Assembly (NCBI RefSeq): GCF_018350175.1
Contig: NC_058368.1
Location: 8,060,001-8,124,000, forward strand
Length of the DNA: 64,000 nt
Direction: 5' to 3'
Source of the DNA: Felis catus
Lineage: Eukaryota
Below are positions 24,159-37,530 of this stretch, piece after piece. The notes under the pieces were generated by a model. That model was given only the letters and a program-made list of their open reading frames with translations, ran no database searches and was not told the origin of the DNA. Positions within the stretch are counted from its first letter, which is position 1, and the number at the start of each line of letters is the position of its first letter. Both the position numbers and the translations under genes were made by a program.

Positions 24159-24190
24159 AATCAACAAAGAAACTTCAAAAAATTAAAATT
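23944..24190 (+). mobile_element. CAN-SINE
   Basis: Head ggggcacctgggtggcccagtcggttaag, (CT)n, A-rich tail. Confidence 0.9.
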
Positions 24191-24926
24191 AAAGAGAATA
24201 TTTATTCAAATTTTGCGAGACAAATTCTATAAAATAAAAAAATAAAAAAAAAACTGACTCCACAGACCAAAATAACAAATCCTATTTCAGGAGATTTTAA
24301 GATAGCACAATACCAAAGAGATATATTCTAATTAAACTATTGAACGCTAAGGATAAAGGAAGGATTTATCAGGTATTAGGGCAGAAAAGCAAATTACCTC
24401 CAAAGAGAGAAATTAGACTGGCCACAGGGTTCTCCTCGTGACCTTCAGGGGCACTGCCTTCAAGGCTCTGAGGAAAGGGATATTGGACCAGGCCAGGATG
24501 TCCTGGTGGATATTTCTCAAAAATCGCGGAATTTGGGGAATACAATGCTCTGGCCCTTCATGGAAAAGCTGAATGACTCAACAACAAATTCCAGCCAATT
24601 AAAAAAATTTATCAAATATAAGAACTCAGGAATGAGGAAGCCATGGTAAAGGACTTTAAATGAACACTAAATCCATCTGAAGACACAAATATATATACAC
24701 ATGCGTAGTAAACAACTCCTGGGTGTATGTTACTTACTAGAATGTACACATTGTAAATTGGGGCAAAGAGCAGGAGGGGAAGAAAATGGGAGGAAATAAA
24801 ATACTACTGTCCTCTGCTCTCATGGCGGGGAGTAATACTGCCTAAAATTTGAAAGAAAAAATAAAAGAGGTAATTTTTAAAGATTGCAATGGATGCAATA
24901 GCTTAATTTTTAAAAAATTTCTTCTT

Positions 24927-25230
24927 GGGGTGCCTGGGTGGCTCAGTCACTTGAGTGATGTTGATTTCTGTGTAGGTCATGATCCCAGGGTCATGAGATC
25001 AAGCCCTGCATCAGGCTTATTGTTGAGAGTGGAGCCTGCTTAGGACTCTCTCTTTCCCTCCGCCCCTCTTCTCTGCTCATGCTCCCTCTCTTCTAAAAAA
25101 AAAAATTTTTTTTTTTTAAATTTTCTTCCTGGGGCCATTGGCTGGTTTAGTCAGAGCATGACTCTTGATTTAGGGTTGTGAGTTCAACCCTAAGTGTGTA
25201 GAGATTACTTAAAAATAAAACCTGAAAAAA
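24927..25230 (+). mobile_element. Two older CAN-SINEs
   Basis: Heads at ~24927 and ~25131. Confidence 0.8.
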
Positions 25231-25540
25231 TTATTTTCTTCTTAACCTATAGAGAAAACTTAAAGGAATTATCTCTCTCATTTATCTGCAGTTCAGTTTC
25301 ACTTTAACTTTTTTCTTGGATAAATTCAAATAAAATGAACAGTACTTATAAATATTCCTATCTATCTAAAATAGATTTATAAATATCCATTCCTCCATCA
25401 TTCATCCATCTTTCTATCTGCATTTTATTTGTATGAATGCATTAAACATGGTCTGGAATAAGTGTTGATTTAGTTAGTCATTTTTTTTTTCTTAAAGGTG
25501 AGGTTTGGAGTAACTTAAAAAAAAACTTTCACTTTTACAC

Positions 25541-25971
25541 GTAAAAAGATGCTCAACATCACTCATCATCAGGAAAATGCAAATCAAAACTACAATGAGA
25601 TATTACCTCAAGCCAGCCAGAATGGCTAAAATCAAAAACACAAGAAACAAGTGTTGGCAAGGTCTAGATTTTGCACTAGAGATAAAGAGATAGAGAAAAT
25701 AAATAAACCCTCGTGCACTGTTGGTGGGAATGCAAACTGGTACAGCCATTGTGGAAGACAGTGCACAGATTCCTCAAAAAGTTAAAAATAGAACTAGCCT
25801 ACATCCAGCAATTGCACTACTGGGTTTTTTCCCCGAAGAATACCAAAACACTAATTCAAAGGGGTACGTGCACCCCTATGTTTTTTGCAGCATTATTTAC
25901 AATAGCTAAATTATGGAAGCAGCCCGAGGGTCCATCAACAAATGAATGAATGAATGGATAAAGAAGAGGTG

Positions 25972-26011
<40 letters not shown>

Positions 26012-26395
26012 GAATATTATTCAGCCATAAAAAGGAATGAAATATTGCCATTTGCCACAACCTGGACAGAGCTAGAGAGTATAATGCTAAGTGAAATAAG
26101 TAAGTCAGAGAAAGACAAATACCGCATGATATGCGAAAGGTAAGAAACAAAACAAACGAACATGGGGAAAAAAAGAGAGGGAGGAAGAAACAAAGAAACA
26201 GACTCTTAACTGGAGAGAACAAACTGATAGTTACCAGATGGGAGGGGGGGGGATGGGTGAAACAGGTGAAGGGGATTAAGGGTACAGTTATTATAACGAG
26301 CACCAAGTAGTATATAGAATTGTTGAATCACTATATTGGACACCTGAAACTAATATAACACTGTACGTGAACTACACTGGAATTAAAATAGAAAA
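25541..26395 (+). mobile_element. Carnivore L1 3' fragment (ORF2 end + 3' UTR)
   Basis: ORF 25713-25949 ([16 protein letters not shown]…FAALFTIAKLWKQP) is the L1 ORF2 C-terminus; (CA)n and a G-rich 3' UTR follow. Confidence 0.92.
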
Positions 26396-26399
26396 CCCA

Positions 26400-26630
26400 A
26401 GCGGAGCCTGGGTGGCTCAGCCGGTTGAGTGACCGATTTTGGCTCAGGTCATGATCTTGTAGTTCGTGGGTTCCAGCCCTGCATCCGGCTCTGTGCTGAC
26501 AGCTCGGAGCCTGGAGCCTGCTTTGGATTCTGTGTCTCCCTCTCTCTCTGCCCGTCCCCCTCTTGCTCTCTCTCAAACATAAACAAACATTAAAAATAAT
26601 AAAAATTTAAAACTTAATAAATAAATAAAA
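26400..26630 (+). mobile_element. CAN-SINE in L1 tail
   Basis: Typical SINEC body and A-rich tail. Confidence 0.88.
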
Positions 26631-27147
26631 CAGTAAAAAAAGTCAAAAGACTTCTAGTCTTATACTTTGTGCATATATTACCTTGACAAAATTGACATGA
26701 TGCTTTTTTCCCTCAAAAACAGTTGAGCATATATATCAGAGTATTTAAAATGGTGAAACTGGAATTATTGTAATTTCTGTCTACTTTCCTTTTAATTTAA
26801 AAACTGAAACTAAAACTTTGTGACTCAAGAGAAATCAGAAAACTCAAGTAGATCAATAACCATTAAAGAGATTGAATTAATGCTTCGCCCCAAATCATCT
26901 CCTTCCCACGCACTCCCCTACCCAAAATATGTATCACACATAGTTTCCCAGGTATATTTTAATACATATTCCAATGTCAGCTCATCTGCCTCATAAAGCT
27001 GACCTAAAGAAGAAAAAGCTAACTAATTTGCTTTATAAGGTTACCATAACCTTGATTCCAAAGCCAAATAAAGAAAGTGCAAGAATTAAAGCTACAAACT
27101 GATTTCACTTATGAATATTGCAGGCAGAAATTCTTTTTTTCTTCAAG

Positions 27148-27373
27148 TTTTTTTTTTTAATTTTTTTTTTAACGTTTATTTATTTTTGAGACAGAGAGAG
27201 ACAGAGCATGAACGGGGGAGGGGCAGAGAGAGAGGGAGACACAGAATCGGAAACAGGCTCCAGGCTCCGAGCCATCAGCCCAGAGCCCGACGCGGGGCTC
27301 GAACTCACGGACTGCGAGATCATGACCTGAGCTGAAGTCGGACGCTTAACCGACTGCGCCACCCAGGCGCCCC
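27148..27373 (-). mobile_element. SINEC_Fc-type SINE inserted in the tail of a minus-strand L1
   Basis: Reverse-complement head at 27373; TSD cttcaagtttttttt. Confidence 0.93.
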
Positions 27374-27379
27374 TTCAAG

Positions 27380-28065
27380 TTTTTTTTTTAATTCTAGTTA
27401 GTTAACACACAGGGGATATTGTTTTCAGGAGTACAATTTAGTGATTCATCACTTACATATAACACCCAATGCTCAACACAACAAGTGCCCTCCCTTAATG
27501 CCCATTACCCATTTAGCCCATCCCCCACAGACCTCCCTCCATCAACCCTCAGTGTGTTCTCTACTGTAAAGAACCTCTTATGGTTTGTTTCCCTCTAACT
27601 TCTTTTTTCCCTCACCTTCCCATGTGTTTATCTGTCTCGTTTCTTAAATTCCACAGATGAGTTGCAATCGTATGAGGTCTTTCTCTGCCTGACTTAACTC
27701 CACTCAGCACAATACACTTTACCTCCATTCACATTGTTGCAAATGGCAAGATTTCATTCCTTTTGATGGTTGAGTAATACTCCATTGTAGATATATACCC
27801 CATCTTCTTTATCCATTCATCAGTCAATGGACATATGGCCTCTTTCCATAGTTTGACAATTGTTGCTAATGCTATAAACATTGGGGTGCCATGTATCCCT
27901 TCGAGTCTGTTCTTTTTGGATCCTTTGGGTAAATACCCAGTAGTGCAATTGTGGGATCATGGGGTAGTTCTATTTTTAACGTTTTGAGGAACTTCCATAC
28001 TGTTTTCCAGTGGCTGCACCAGTGTGCATTCCCGCCATCAGTTCAAGAGCATTGCCTTTCTCCGT
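27380..28065 (-). mobile_element. Carnivore L1 3' fragment
   Basis: Reverse-complement L1 3' UTR/ORF2 end (…ccattcatcagtcaatggacat…gggtaaatacccagtagtgcaatt…); flanking repeat gcagaaattc. Confidence 0.88.
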
Positions 28066-28414
28066 TAGATGCAGAAATTCGAAATGAAATATTAGCAAGT
28101 CAAAGAAAGAAAAATCACATAGTTTGGTGTTGCACTCCTATGGATTGATTGTTTCTACTGTCCTGAGTCCTTGTCAGGCTTCGTGGTATTCCTGAATACT
28201 GTCTCTAATTTTGGTTTTTATCATTTTAAAACATGTAGAGTATTAGAGATAATTTAGAGACTCTTCCACTGTAAAATGATTAAGAGGATAGAAAAATATG
28301 TGCTCTGATTTTTTTTAAAGGCCATTTACTGACTCAGAAAGACAAAATACCAGAGGATTATTTGGTATCCTCTTAATATAAGAGGATATAGTTGAGTTAA
28401 AAAGAAAAAAGTAA

Positions 28415-28640
28415 GGGGCGCCTGGGTGGCTCAGTCAGTTAAGCATCCGACTTCGGCTCAGGTCATGATCTCACCGCTCGTGAGTAAGTTCAAGCCCCAC
28501 ATCGGGCTCTGTGCTGGCAGCTCAGAGCTTGGAGCCCGCTTCGGATTCTGTGCCTCCCTCTCTCTCTGCCCCTCCCCTGCTCATGCTCAGTCTCTCAAAA
28601 AATGAATAAACATTAAAAAAATTAAAAAAAAAAAGAAGAA
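28415..28640 (+). mobile_element. CAN-SINE
   Basis: Typical head, body and A tail. Confidence 0.9.
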
Positions 28641-29637
28641 AGTAACAGAAAGTATGGGTTTATTATAATTAAAAAACCAAACACATTACCCTTCACTCAA
28701 AATATCATCATCAGTAATTCTGTTGACAAGCCCCCAAAAGGCATAGGCAGCAAAGGGAAGTCCTGAGGACTGGGGCTCGCTGTAGGGGCATGCAGCCTGA
28801 GTCCCCATGCTCAGAAGGGCCACATACCTGATTTAATTCCCTGCTGTTGCCATCCTGAAATCCCTAACACTTTTTGGAGGAGGGGCTCCACATTTTCACT
28901 TTGCATTGGGCCTTGCAAATTCTATAGCTGACGCTGTACAGAAGGGTAACTAAAGCAGTCAACCAATGAGCTCTATTGGCCTGGGAAGTGTACTGAGACA
29001 ATGAGCATTCCTCAAGCTGGAAAGAAGACAATAGGGACATGATTCAAATCCATTAAGACGTGAAGAGCGTAGTCGGTGTGCCCATAGACTTTTTACCATT
29101 TTGTCTCTACCACGAAACTTGGAGGTGGAAATTTTATGACGAAGACTTGTCCGGCAGCATAGAGGCTAGAAGGCTATTCCTCTATATGCCATTGAGCATA
29201 TATGACTCATTGAGTCTATATGACTATATGCCATTGAGCAACTCAAACTATCCCTACTCTCAATATTTTAACCCCGAATCAAGCTACACACACTATGAAG
29301 CATTAACTTGAAGGGGAACACGTTATAAAGATGAACCACGTGACGGAGGGACGAGGACACAAGGCGTGTCTGAACCAACCGTGTTATGTTCCCACAACAC
29401 CAACTCCCCCCCACACCCAGACTCTTCAGTGCCCAGTCCTCAACTATGAGAAAAGAAGCAGAGAGAGCCCAAATCAATCCAATCCACCCTATGGATGGCT
29501 CTGTCTGCTAAATAAAACATCAATACTCCGAATTAACAGCAAGCATATGGAATGCCTTGCCCTGAAAGGTTGTATAGGCATATTTTCAAAGGTATTTTGA
29601 TGTCAGAGGGTATTTGGGATAAAAAAAGAGAACTTAA

Positions 29638-29870
29638 GGGGCGCCTGGGTGGCGCAGTCGGTTAAGCGACCGACTTCAGCCAGGTCACGATCTCGCGGTC
29701 CGGGAGTTCGAGCCCCGCGTCGGGCTCTGGGCTGATGGCTCAGAGCCTGGAGCCTGTTTCCGATTCTGTGTCTCCCTCTCTCTCTGCTCCTCCCCCGTTC
29801 ATGCTCTGTCTCTCTCTGTCCCAAAAATAAATAAACGTTGAAAAAAAAAATTAAAAAAAAAAAAAAAAAA
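29638..29870 (+). mobile_element. SINEC_Fc (young)
   Basis: Near-identical to the copy at 265-490; TSD aaaaaaagagaacttaa. Confidence 0.95.
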
Positions 29871-30456
29871 GAGAACTTAATACCAAACTAGGAACTCTCT
29901 AGGCATAACTCATGGATAAAGAAAACTGAGTCTTATCTTTCTTTTTTCTCTTCTCTTCTTTTGTTTTGTTTTCTTTCTGTTTTTTTTTTTCGAGTAAATG
30001 CTTACTTTTATTAACATGATAAATATTTGTTTTGTTTACACAGGGTAAGGCTCTGACCTCAAATGCCGGTCAGGTCTGCTCCTCAAATGAGCTTGCAGCT
30101 GGACAACTTAGGAACCTTGAAGATCCCTAGTTGCTGTCCACCTTAGGATCCAGTGAAGACAGACCTTGCTTTCTTTCCCAAGCCCCTCAAAGACCTCTGC
30201 ACATGCCTTTTTCACTTTATGTTCCAGAGTCCCCTGAAATGCACCAGGGTATTATATCAACTTGTACAGACTACCAAGATCTTTTCTCCCATATTAGGTT
30301 CGATGACAGATAAAGCTGAGTCCGTTGTCCCAACAGACTGAGCAGATAGGATGCATCAGATAGTATGTTATATAACATTTCAAGTGGAACACAATACATC
30401 TCTTCTCCTTTGGTCTCACATAGAAATTAAAGTTCCAAAATTCAAATATTATCATC

Positions 30457-31545
30457 CTCAAAAAATGAAAAATAGAACTATCCTATTATCCAAGCAATTC
30501 CACTTCTGGGTATTTATCCAAGGAGGGGGGAAGAAAAGACTAACTTGAAAAGATATCCGTGCCCCTATGTTTACTGCAGCATCATTATAACAGCCAAGAC
30601 TTGGAAACAACCTAAGTGCACGGATGGATGAATGAATAAAGAAAATGTGGTGTGGATATACAATGGAATATCACTCAGCCATCAAAAGGGAAATCCTGCC
30701 ATCTGCAACAACATAGATGGACCTTGAGGGCATTCTGCTAAGTGAAATAAGTCAGACAGAGAAAGACAAATGCTGTAAGATGTCACGTACACAGGGAATC
30801 TAAACAACAACAAAAACAACAAAAAACCAAGCTCACAGATACCAAGAACAAATTGGTAGTTGCCAGAGGCAGTGGTAGGTGGGTGAAATGGGTGAGGAGG
30901 GCCAAAAGGTACAAACTTCCAGCTATAAAATAAATAAGTCCCAGAGTCTTGGGATCGAGCCCCACGTCGGGCTCCATGCTGAACGTGGAGTCTGCTTAGG
31001 ATTCTCTGTCTCTCGCTTTGCCTCTCTCCCCTACTTGCACGCCCTCTCTCTCTAAAAAAAGAAACTAAAAAACCCCAAAACAGATAACAAAAGAAAAAAG
31101 AGACAAACCAAAAGCAGACATTTTTTTAAAGTTTATTTACTTATTTGGAGAGAGGGAGACAGCAGGGGAGGAGCAGAGAGAGAGAGTGAGAGAGCAAGGG
31201 AGGGGGCAGAGAGAGAGGGAGGGGGAGAATCCCAAGCACACTAAGAGCATGGAGTCTGATGTGGGGCTTGAACCCATGACCCTGGGATTCCTGACCCAAG
31301 CCCAAATCAAGAGTTGGTTGCTTAACTGACTGAGCCACCCACGTGCCCCCAAAACAGACTCTTAAATACAGGGAACAAATATGGTTACCAGAGGAGGGGG
31401 GGAGGGGCGGGGGGGGGGAGGGGGAAACCGGAAACAGGTGAAGGGGATTAAGAGTACACTTACCTTGATGAGCACTGAGTGATGCATGGACTTGAATCAC
31501 TATATAGCACACCTGAAACTAATATAACACTGTATGTTAATCATC
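30457..31545 (+). mobile_element. L1 3' fragments interrupted by SINEs (30940-31060 +, 31125-31350 -)
   Basis: L1 ORF2-end/3' UTR hallmarks (gcaattccacttctgggtatttatcc, ggaaacaacctaagtg, cacacctgaaactaatataacactgtatgtt). Confidence 0.82.
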
Positions 31546-31649
31546 AAAAAATGATCAAAATAAGGGTAAAAGGAACAACGTAATGAGCATCTATCTGCGT
31601 ACTATTCACTTAAAAAAATCTTCCCAATTTCATTTCCTTTCTCCTTTTT

Positions 31650-32118
31650 AAAAAATGTCTATTGATTTATTTTTGAGAGAGAGACAGGGAGAGAGCAGGG
31701 GAGGGGCAGAGAGAGAGGGAGAGAGAATCTCAAGTAGGTTCCACGCCATCATCGCAGAGCCCGACACAGGGCTTGAACTCACGAACCATGAGATCATGAT
31801 CTGAGCCTAAATCTAGAGTCAGACACTCAACTGACTGAGCCACCCAGGTGCTCCTCCCTCTCCCTTCTTTTTATCACTCTCTTCTCCCATAGTACACTTA
31901 AAAAAAATTTTTTTTTTCAACGTTTATTTATTTTTGGGACAGAGAGACAGAGCATGAACGGGGGAGGGGCAGAGAGAGAGGGAGACACAGAATCGGAAAC
32001 AGGCTCCAGGCTCTGAGCCATCAGCCCAGAGCCTGACGCGGGGCTCGAACTCACAGACCGCGAGATCGTGACCTGGCTGAAGTCGGACGCTTAACCGACT
32101 GCGCCACCCAGGCGCCCC
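31650..32118 (-). mobile_element. Two CAN-SINEs (31650-31853 older; 31908-32118 young SINEC_Fc)
   Basis: Reverse-complement heads; the young copy has TSD ctcccatagtacactt. Confidence 0.9.
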
Positions 32119-32494
32119 TCCCATAGTACACTTTATTGAGCTAGGTGTTCAATTTAAATTGGTATTCAATTTAAATCGTGTTTTACAATGTCCAAATTAC
32201 TCTATATTAGAGTTGTATACTTAAATAGAAAATGACAACATTTAGGGAATTTAAAAATATTTTTCAATGGGAGAGTATAACCCAAAAAATATATATAGTT
32301 ATTTGGACATTAGAAAATGAGTAGGAAGTATTTTTTTTCTTTCTATAGTTTAGCCCAAAAGTTATTAACAACATTTTGTGAAACTCTGGTGCTCTGGAGT
32401 TGGACTAAGGCTTGAGAAGAAATTTTCAGAAAACACCAAAATTAATGCAATCTTTTTCTGTATTTAATTTTTTTTTTCTATTTAAAATTTTTTA

Positions 32495-32901
32495 GGGGCG
32501 CCTGGGTGGCTCAGCCGGTTAAGCATCAGACTTCAGCTCGGGTCATCATCTCACGGTTCGTGAGTTCAAGCCCTGCATCAGGCTCTGTGCTGACAGCTCG
32601 GGGCCTGGAGCCTGCTTCCGATTCTGTGTCTCCCTCTCACTGCCCCTCCCACACTCACACTCTGTCTGTCTCTCAAAAATAAATAAACATTAGAGGCACC
32701 TGGGTGGCTCAGTCAGTTAAGCATGTGACTTCGGCTCAGTTTACCATCTCTCAGTTTGTGAGTTCAAGCCCCACATGGGGCTCTGTGCTGACATCTCAGA
32801 GCCTGGAGCCTGCTTTGGATTCTATGTCTCCCTCTCTCTCTGCCCCATCCCTGCTGGCACTCTGTCTCTCTGTCTCTCAAGTCTAAATGAACATTAAAAA
32901 A
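32495..32901 (+). mobile_element. Tandem CAN-SINE pair
   Basis: Heads at 32495 and ~32693. Confidence 0.9.
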
Positions 32902-32914
32902 AGAGTTAACCTTT

Positions 32915-33272
32915 ACACAGTGAAAGAAGCCATTCTGAAAAGGCTATATACTGTATGGTTCCAACTATATTGCATTCTGGAAAAGGCAAAACTATGGAGA
33001 CAGTAAAAAGATCAGCTGTTGCCAGGTGTTAGCTGGGAGGGAGGAATGAATCACAGAGAAGAGAGGATTCTGGGGGTAGTGAAACCATAATGGTAGCGAC
33101 GTATCATTATCTGTTCAAACCCATGGTATGTATAACACCAAGGGTGAACCCTATTATAAGTTGTGGATTTGGGGTAATTTTGATGTCAGTGTATGTTCAT
33201 CAATTATAACGAACGTATCACTTTTGTAGGTAGTACATCCACACGATCTACTAACGTAGATAGTAGAAGAGG

Positions 33273-33314
<42 letters not shown>

Positions 33315-33400
33315 ACGTGTGTTAGGAGGTCCATAGGACCTCTCTATCATTTCTGCTTGATTTGGCTGTGAACCTAAAACTGTTCTTAAAAATAAAGTCT
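32915..33400 (+). mobile_element. L1MC-like 3' end with (TG)n
   Basis: ctgaaaaggctatatactgtatg…ggaaaaggcaaaactatggagacagtaaaaagatcag… hallmark. Confidence 0.8.
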
Positions 33401-33405
33401 ATTGG

Positions 33406-35585
33406 ACTTTTTCCTCTAAGTTCAGGAACAAGACAAGGGTTTCAACTCTCACTACTTTTCAACATAGTACCAGAAGTCCTTGCCATAGCAATCAGAGAAG
33501 AAAAAGCAATAAACACCATCCATATTGGTAAGGAAGAAGTTAAACTGTCAACATGATGCTATACATAGAAAACTCTACTCCACCAAAAAAGCAATCAGAA
33601 GTAACGAACGAATTCAGTAAAGTTGCAGGATACAAAATTAATTCGCAAAAATCAGTTGTATTTCTATATAATAATAACAAGTAGAAGAAAGAGACATGAA
33701 GAGAACAATTGCATTTACAACTGCACCAAAAAGAATAAAATACCTATTTAATGAAGGAGGTGAAAAGCCTGTACTCTGAAAACTATAAAATACTGATGAA
33801 AGAAACTGAAGATGACATAAATAGAAAAATGCTCATGGATTTTGGAAGAACTAATATTGCTAAAATATCCATCGAATCTATAGATTCAATGCAATCCCTA
33901 TCAAAATACCAACAGCGTTATTTCACAGAACTAGAACAAATAATACTAACATTTGTATGAAACTACAAGGGACCCTGGATAGCCAAAGCAATCTTGAAAA
34001 AGAACAAAGCTGGAGGTGTCACAATTCCAGATTTGAAGATATACTACAAAGCCACAGTTATCAAAACAGTATGGTATTGGCACCAAAATAGACACATAAA
34101 TCAATGGAACAGAATGGAGAGCCCAGAAATAAACCCACAATTATATGGTCAATTAATCTGCGACAAAGGAGGCAAGAGTATACAATGGGAAAAAGGCAGT
34201 CTCTTTAATAAATGGTGCTGGGAAAACTGAACAGCTATATACAAAAGAATGAACCCACACCACTTTCTTATACCATTCGCAAAAATAAACTCATAATGGA
34301 CTAAAGACCTAAATGGGAGACCTGAAACCATAAAATTCTTAGAAAAAAACAAAGGCACTGAAGTCTTTGATATCCGCCATAGCAACACGTTTCTAGATAT
34401 GTCTCCTCCGGCAAGGGAGACAAAAGCAAAAATAAACTATTGGGACTACACCAAAATAAATAACTTTTGCACAGCCAAAGAAATCATCAACAAAATAAAA
34501 AGGTAACCTATGGAATGAGAGAAGTACTTGTAATTGATATATCTGATAAGGGGTTCATATTCAAATTATATAAAGAACTTATACAACTCAACACCAAAAG
34601 AAAAATAATCCAGTTTAAAGACGGGCAGACGACCTGAATAGACATTTTTCCCCAAGAAGGCATACAGCCGCCCAACAGACACATGAAAAGATGCCTAACA
34701 TCATCATCAGGGAAGTGCAAATCAAAATCACAATGAGATATAGCCTTCCACCTGCCAGAATGTGTAAATTAAAAAGACAAGAAACAACAAGTGTTGGCGA
34801 GGATGTGGAGGAAAAGGAACACTTACGTCCTGTGGGTGGGGATGCGAACTGCTACAGTCTCTGTGGAAGACAGTATGGAGCTGCCTCGAACAATGAAAAA
34901 TAGAAATACCATAGGATCCAGAAATTCCACTCTGGGTATTTACCCAAAGAAAATGAAAACAGTAATTCCAAAAGATATGTGCCCCCCTACACATATATTT
35001 ATTGCGGCATTATTTACAATAGCCGAGGTATGGAAGCAACCGAAGTATCCATAGATAGATGAAAGGATAAAGAAGATGTCACGCACGCACACACACACAC
35101 ACACACACACGCACAAATGGACTATTGCTCAGCCATAAGAAAGGAGGAGATTTTGCCATTTGTGACAACGTGGATGGACCTACTGTGCTAAGTGACATAA
35201 GTCAGAGAAAGAAAAATACCATATAATTTCACTTATATGTGGAATCCAAAAACAGAACAAATAAATAAAAAGCAGCAACAGGCCCACAAATACAAAGAAC
35301 AAACTGATGGTTGTCACACGGGGTGGTGGGATAGGCAAGGTGGGTGAACAGTGGGAGACACAGGTTTCCAGTTACGGAGTGAATAAGCCATATGGATGAA
35401 AAGTACAGCAAAGGGAATACAATCTGTGATCCTGTCATAGCGTTGTGTGGTCACAGGTGGTACCGACACTTGTGGTGAGCACAGTGCAATGTATAAACTT
35501 GTTGCATCACTATGTTGTACACCCGGAGCTAATATAACAACTGTGTGCCAAGGATACGTCAACTTAAAACATTCAAAAAATTAAA
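33406..35585 (+). mobile_element. 5'-truncated carnivore L1 (~2.2 kb of degenerate ORF2 RT/C-terminus + 3' UTR)
   Basis: ORF fragments [53 protein letters not shown] and FIAALFTIAEVWKQPKYP are L1 ORF2, broken by multiple stops and frameshifts. Degenerate flanking repeat aaa(g/a)tctatt. Confidence 0.95.
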
Positions 35586-35635
35586 ATCTATTAGAAAATT
35601 TTTTAACCTATTTTTTACAAATAAACCTTCAGATT

Positions 35636-35853
35636 CTTTTTTGTAAATTTTTAATGTTTATTCTTGGGGGCGGGGGAGACAGAGCAAGAGCAGGGAAGGG
35701 TCAGAGAGAGAGAGAAAGACACAGACTCTGAAGCGGGCTCCAGGCTCTGAGCCGTCAGCACAGAGCCCGACGTGGGGCTCAAACTCATGGAGTGTGAGAT
35801 CATGACCTGAGCTGAAGTCGGACACTTAACCGACTGAGCCACCCAGGCGCCCC
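35636..35853 (-). mobile_element. CAN-SINE
   Basis: Reverse-complement head; TSD cttcagattctt. Confidence 0.9.
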
Positions 35854-36102
35854 AAGAATCTTCAGATTCTTGGTTCACTAATTGTGGGTATTGCAAACTT
35901 GGCTCCTTACTATGTTTAGCACTCACGGAAATCCGGATCCTAATTTTGTTCACTATTGCCCAGTGTCTGCCTGTCAGGTACAAGTAGGTATCACTACCAT
36001 GAAAGTTACATGATGTTGTTATATGTTTAGAAAAAAATTTGAAGCATAGGTGGGAAGGTACATGAGTGAAAACAGGAAAACATTAGCCTTAAAGTGGTGA
36101 TT

Positions 36103-36290
36103 GGGGTGCCCTGGTGACTCAAGTCAGTTAAGCATCTTGATTTCAGCTCAGGCCATCATCTCAGGATCCTGGGATCGAGCTCAGCATGGAGCCTGCTTAA
36201 GATTCTCTCTCTCCCTTCCCCTCAGTTCCTCCCTCACTCTCATGAGTGTGCACTCTCCCTCTCTTTCAAAAACAAACCAAAAAAAAGCAG
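36103..36290 (+). mobile_element. Older CAN-SINE
   Basis: Degenerate head and CT-rich body. Confidence 0.8.
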
Positions 36291-37341
36291 TGATCAATTT
36301 AGCAATTTAAGGAAAACTACATCATATATACAGTTGTCACTATTTGTAGATTACAGGTACTGTAACATTTAAGTAATCCTGATCCCTAATCTTTCTCCTG
36401 TCAATTCCATTGTGTGACAATAGTTACTCTTCATTCATCTTGGGAGTTTCCTTTACTGAATCTCCTTCGTTTCATATGCTTCTTTCCTAAATTCGCCTTA
36501 ATGTTTTCATCTCTCTACATAGGAAAGTGTAGAAGACTTTTTAGTTCTTGAGACACAGAGTAGGCTTTGGATTCTCTAGGACAGCTCTGGAAGGTTCTTA
36601 GAACCGAAACAATTGGGTCAGGTACCAAAGTGGCAGAGGAGATGGGGGTGGCAGGGATTTAGATTTACATTTAAAAACAGTTACGTACCTCCTAGGGCTG
36701 TCGCAAGGAAAGGGCATGTTTGTACTTAACACGGTTCTCAGCCCATTCTAAGTGCTCAGTAGGGCTTCCCCATTAAAATGATTCATTTGTCAACCTTCTT
36801 ACTCTGCCTGTATCTCTTAATGATTTAAATTTCTAGGAGATTCAGTCTTGCTGGCCCAGTCTACCCTGTGGATTGGTTTGCCCTGGACGGGGTGACGAGG
36901 CGTGTATGCATAGATGTGCGTGTGTGAACGTGAGTGTGTGTGTGTGTGTGTGTGTGTGTATGCATGCACGTGAGCGGAGAGGTATGCCAGCGTGTCTGAT
37001 GTCTGAACATGAACTCTGACTTCAACGGGCAAAGAGCCTAGTTAACAAAGATGGCCAGAACGTAAATTCTTCTGATTACAAAGAAGAAAGGTGACCAATG
37101 GCGTTCCTGATGCTGGTGGGTCACCTGTCATTTCACTTTTTCTCCTTCATTCAGGGCCCTTAGGAGGGAAACAAAGAGGGCGAGAGGCAAAGCAGGCATT
37201 TTAATAAAAAGGTTCCATTTCCATTGGTGAAGGACAGGCTTTCCGTTACTATGAGCCCAGAGTTAATACAGGAAAAAGGCTGGTGGGAGAGGTGGAAATA
37301 GGGCCTGAGAAGTTTGAAGTGAGTTAAAAAGATGTTTTCCA

Positions 37342-37530
37342 GGGACACCTGGGGGGCTCAGTTGGTTGAACGTAGGACTTCAGCACAGGTCACGGTTCGT
37401 AAGTTCGAGCCTCGTATCAAGCTCACTGCTGTCAGCGCAGAGCCCGCTTCAGATCTATTCCCTCTCTCTCTCTGCCTCTCCCCTGCCCACTCTCTCTCAA
37501 AAATAAATACACATTTTTTTTTAAAAAAAA
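37342..37530 (+). mobile_element. CAN-SINE
   Basis: TSD aaaaagatgttttcca. Confidence 0.88.

Larger units (their letters stand above)
22330..25500 (+). mobile_element. Ancient L1-like/HAL1 remnant, interrupted by U2 retrocopy, MLT1-like LTR (~23200-23640) and SINEs
   Basis: A-rich ORF1-like remnants (attagactggccacagggttctcc…gccttcaaggctctgagg…aagaactcaggaat). Family assignment is from recall. Confidence 0.5.

Noticed and set aside
33362..35054. Reverse-transcriptase-like ORF fragments as an active element or novel RT system
   Set aside because: A 5'-truncated L1 ORF2 broken by many stops and frameshifts.
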